A DNA stretch of 64,000 nucleotides from Oscillospiraceae bacterium (GTDB lineage Bacteria; Bacillota; Clostridia; Oscillospirales; Oscillospiraceae), in the NCBI GenBank assembly GCA_020025595.1, contig JAHHRV010000007.1, positions 44,311 to 108,310 of the forward strand, read 5' to 3'. The first letter of the stretch is position 1; every line of letters starts with the position of its first letter. The notes under the pieces were generated by a model. That model searched no databases. It was given only the letters and a program-made list of their open reading frames with translations, and was not told the origin of the DNA. Positions 63,730-64,000 of this stretch are shown piece by piece. A program made the position numbers and the translations under genes.

Positions 63730-63754
63730 TTCCTGACGCGTTTCAAATAATACC

Positions 63755-63787
63755 ATTCGCCCCTGGGTAACCAGGGGCGAATTTTTA
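63755..63787 (+). terminator. Intrinsic terminator after nifJ
   Basis: A 12-bp stem pairs attcgcccctgg with ccaggggcgaat, and tttt follows. Confidence 0.9.
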
Positions 63788-63813
63788 CAATCAAGGATAG
63801 GAGAACAACGGTT

Positions 63814-63969
63814 ATGTTTTGTACTGTCATCGATATTCGCGGAGACTACGCTACCGTAAAATACGACTCCACAGGGATTGAATCCGAAGTAGCCATCGCC
63901 CTGCTCCCCTTTGGTGTGGATGTGGGCGATCGGCTGAAATACGAAAACTACGAGTTTGAATTGATCTGA
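63814..63969 (+). CDS. Small DUF3006-like protein (51 aa)
   Basis: The translation is MFCTVIDIRGDYATVKYDSTGIESEVAIALLPFGVDVGDRLKYENYEFELI. It fits the DUF3006 pattern (IDR.EGDYAV.....G......LP....GD.L). The RBS is taggaga. It is below the track's length cutoff. Confidence 0.6.
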   Translation: MFCTVIDIRGDYATVKYDSTGIESEVAIALLPFGVDVGDRLKYENYEFELI

Positions 63970-64000
63970 CGATTCTTCACCTTTCCCCGCTATCGGACCA

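Overview
This 64-kb chromosomal window comes from a spore-forming Firmicute. Gene content, SLH and SPxTG surface proteins and roughly 50-55% GC suggest a Clostridia or Oscillospiraceae-like organism, but that placement is inference only. Most of the window is core genome. It holds the pyrH-frr-uppS-cdsA-dxr-rseP-ispG-polC cluster, glnS, an eight-gene aromatic amino acid operon, T-box-controlled pheST, spoVAD/spoVAE, yabP-yabQ-divIC-yabR, rpiB, pgeF, secA, rsmE, comM and nifJ (PFOR). The accessory parts are: (i) a cobalamin riboswitch driving a roughly 1890-aa surface protein plus a DUF4430 lipoprotein; (ii) a lower-GC island with a 2084-aa dual-GH13 amylopullulanase carrying an SPHTG sorting signal; (iii) an SLH-anchored polysaccharide deacetylase; (iv) a YhbD-like/bactofilin-like pair, an XRE-TPR regulator and a MazF toxin with no adjacent antitoxin. 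The two observations I rate highest are these. First, a 21-codon Phe/Tyr-rich leader peptide with a 1:2/2:3/3:4 attenuator sits in front of the whole aro operon. Second, the B12-riboswitch-controlled pair may act as a split, transcobalamin-like surface corrinoid binder. No rRNA, tRNA, CRISPR array, transposase or integrase was seen. All homology calls rest on recognised motifs and were not checked against databases.
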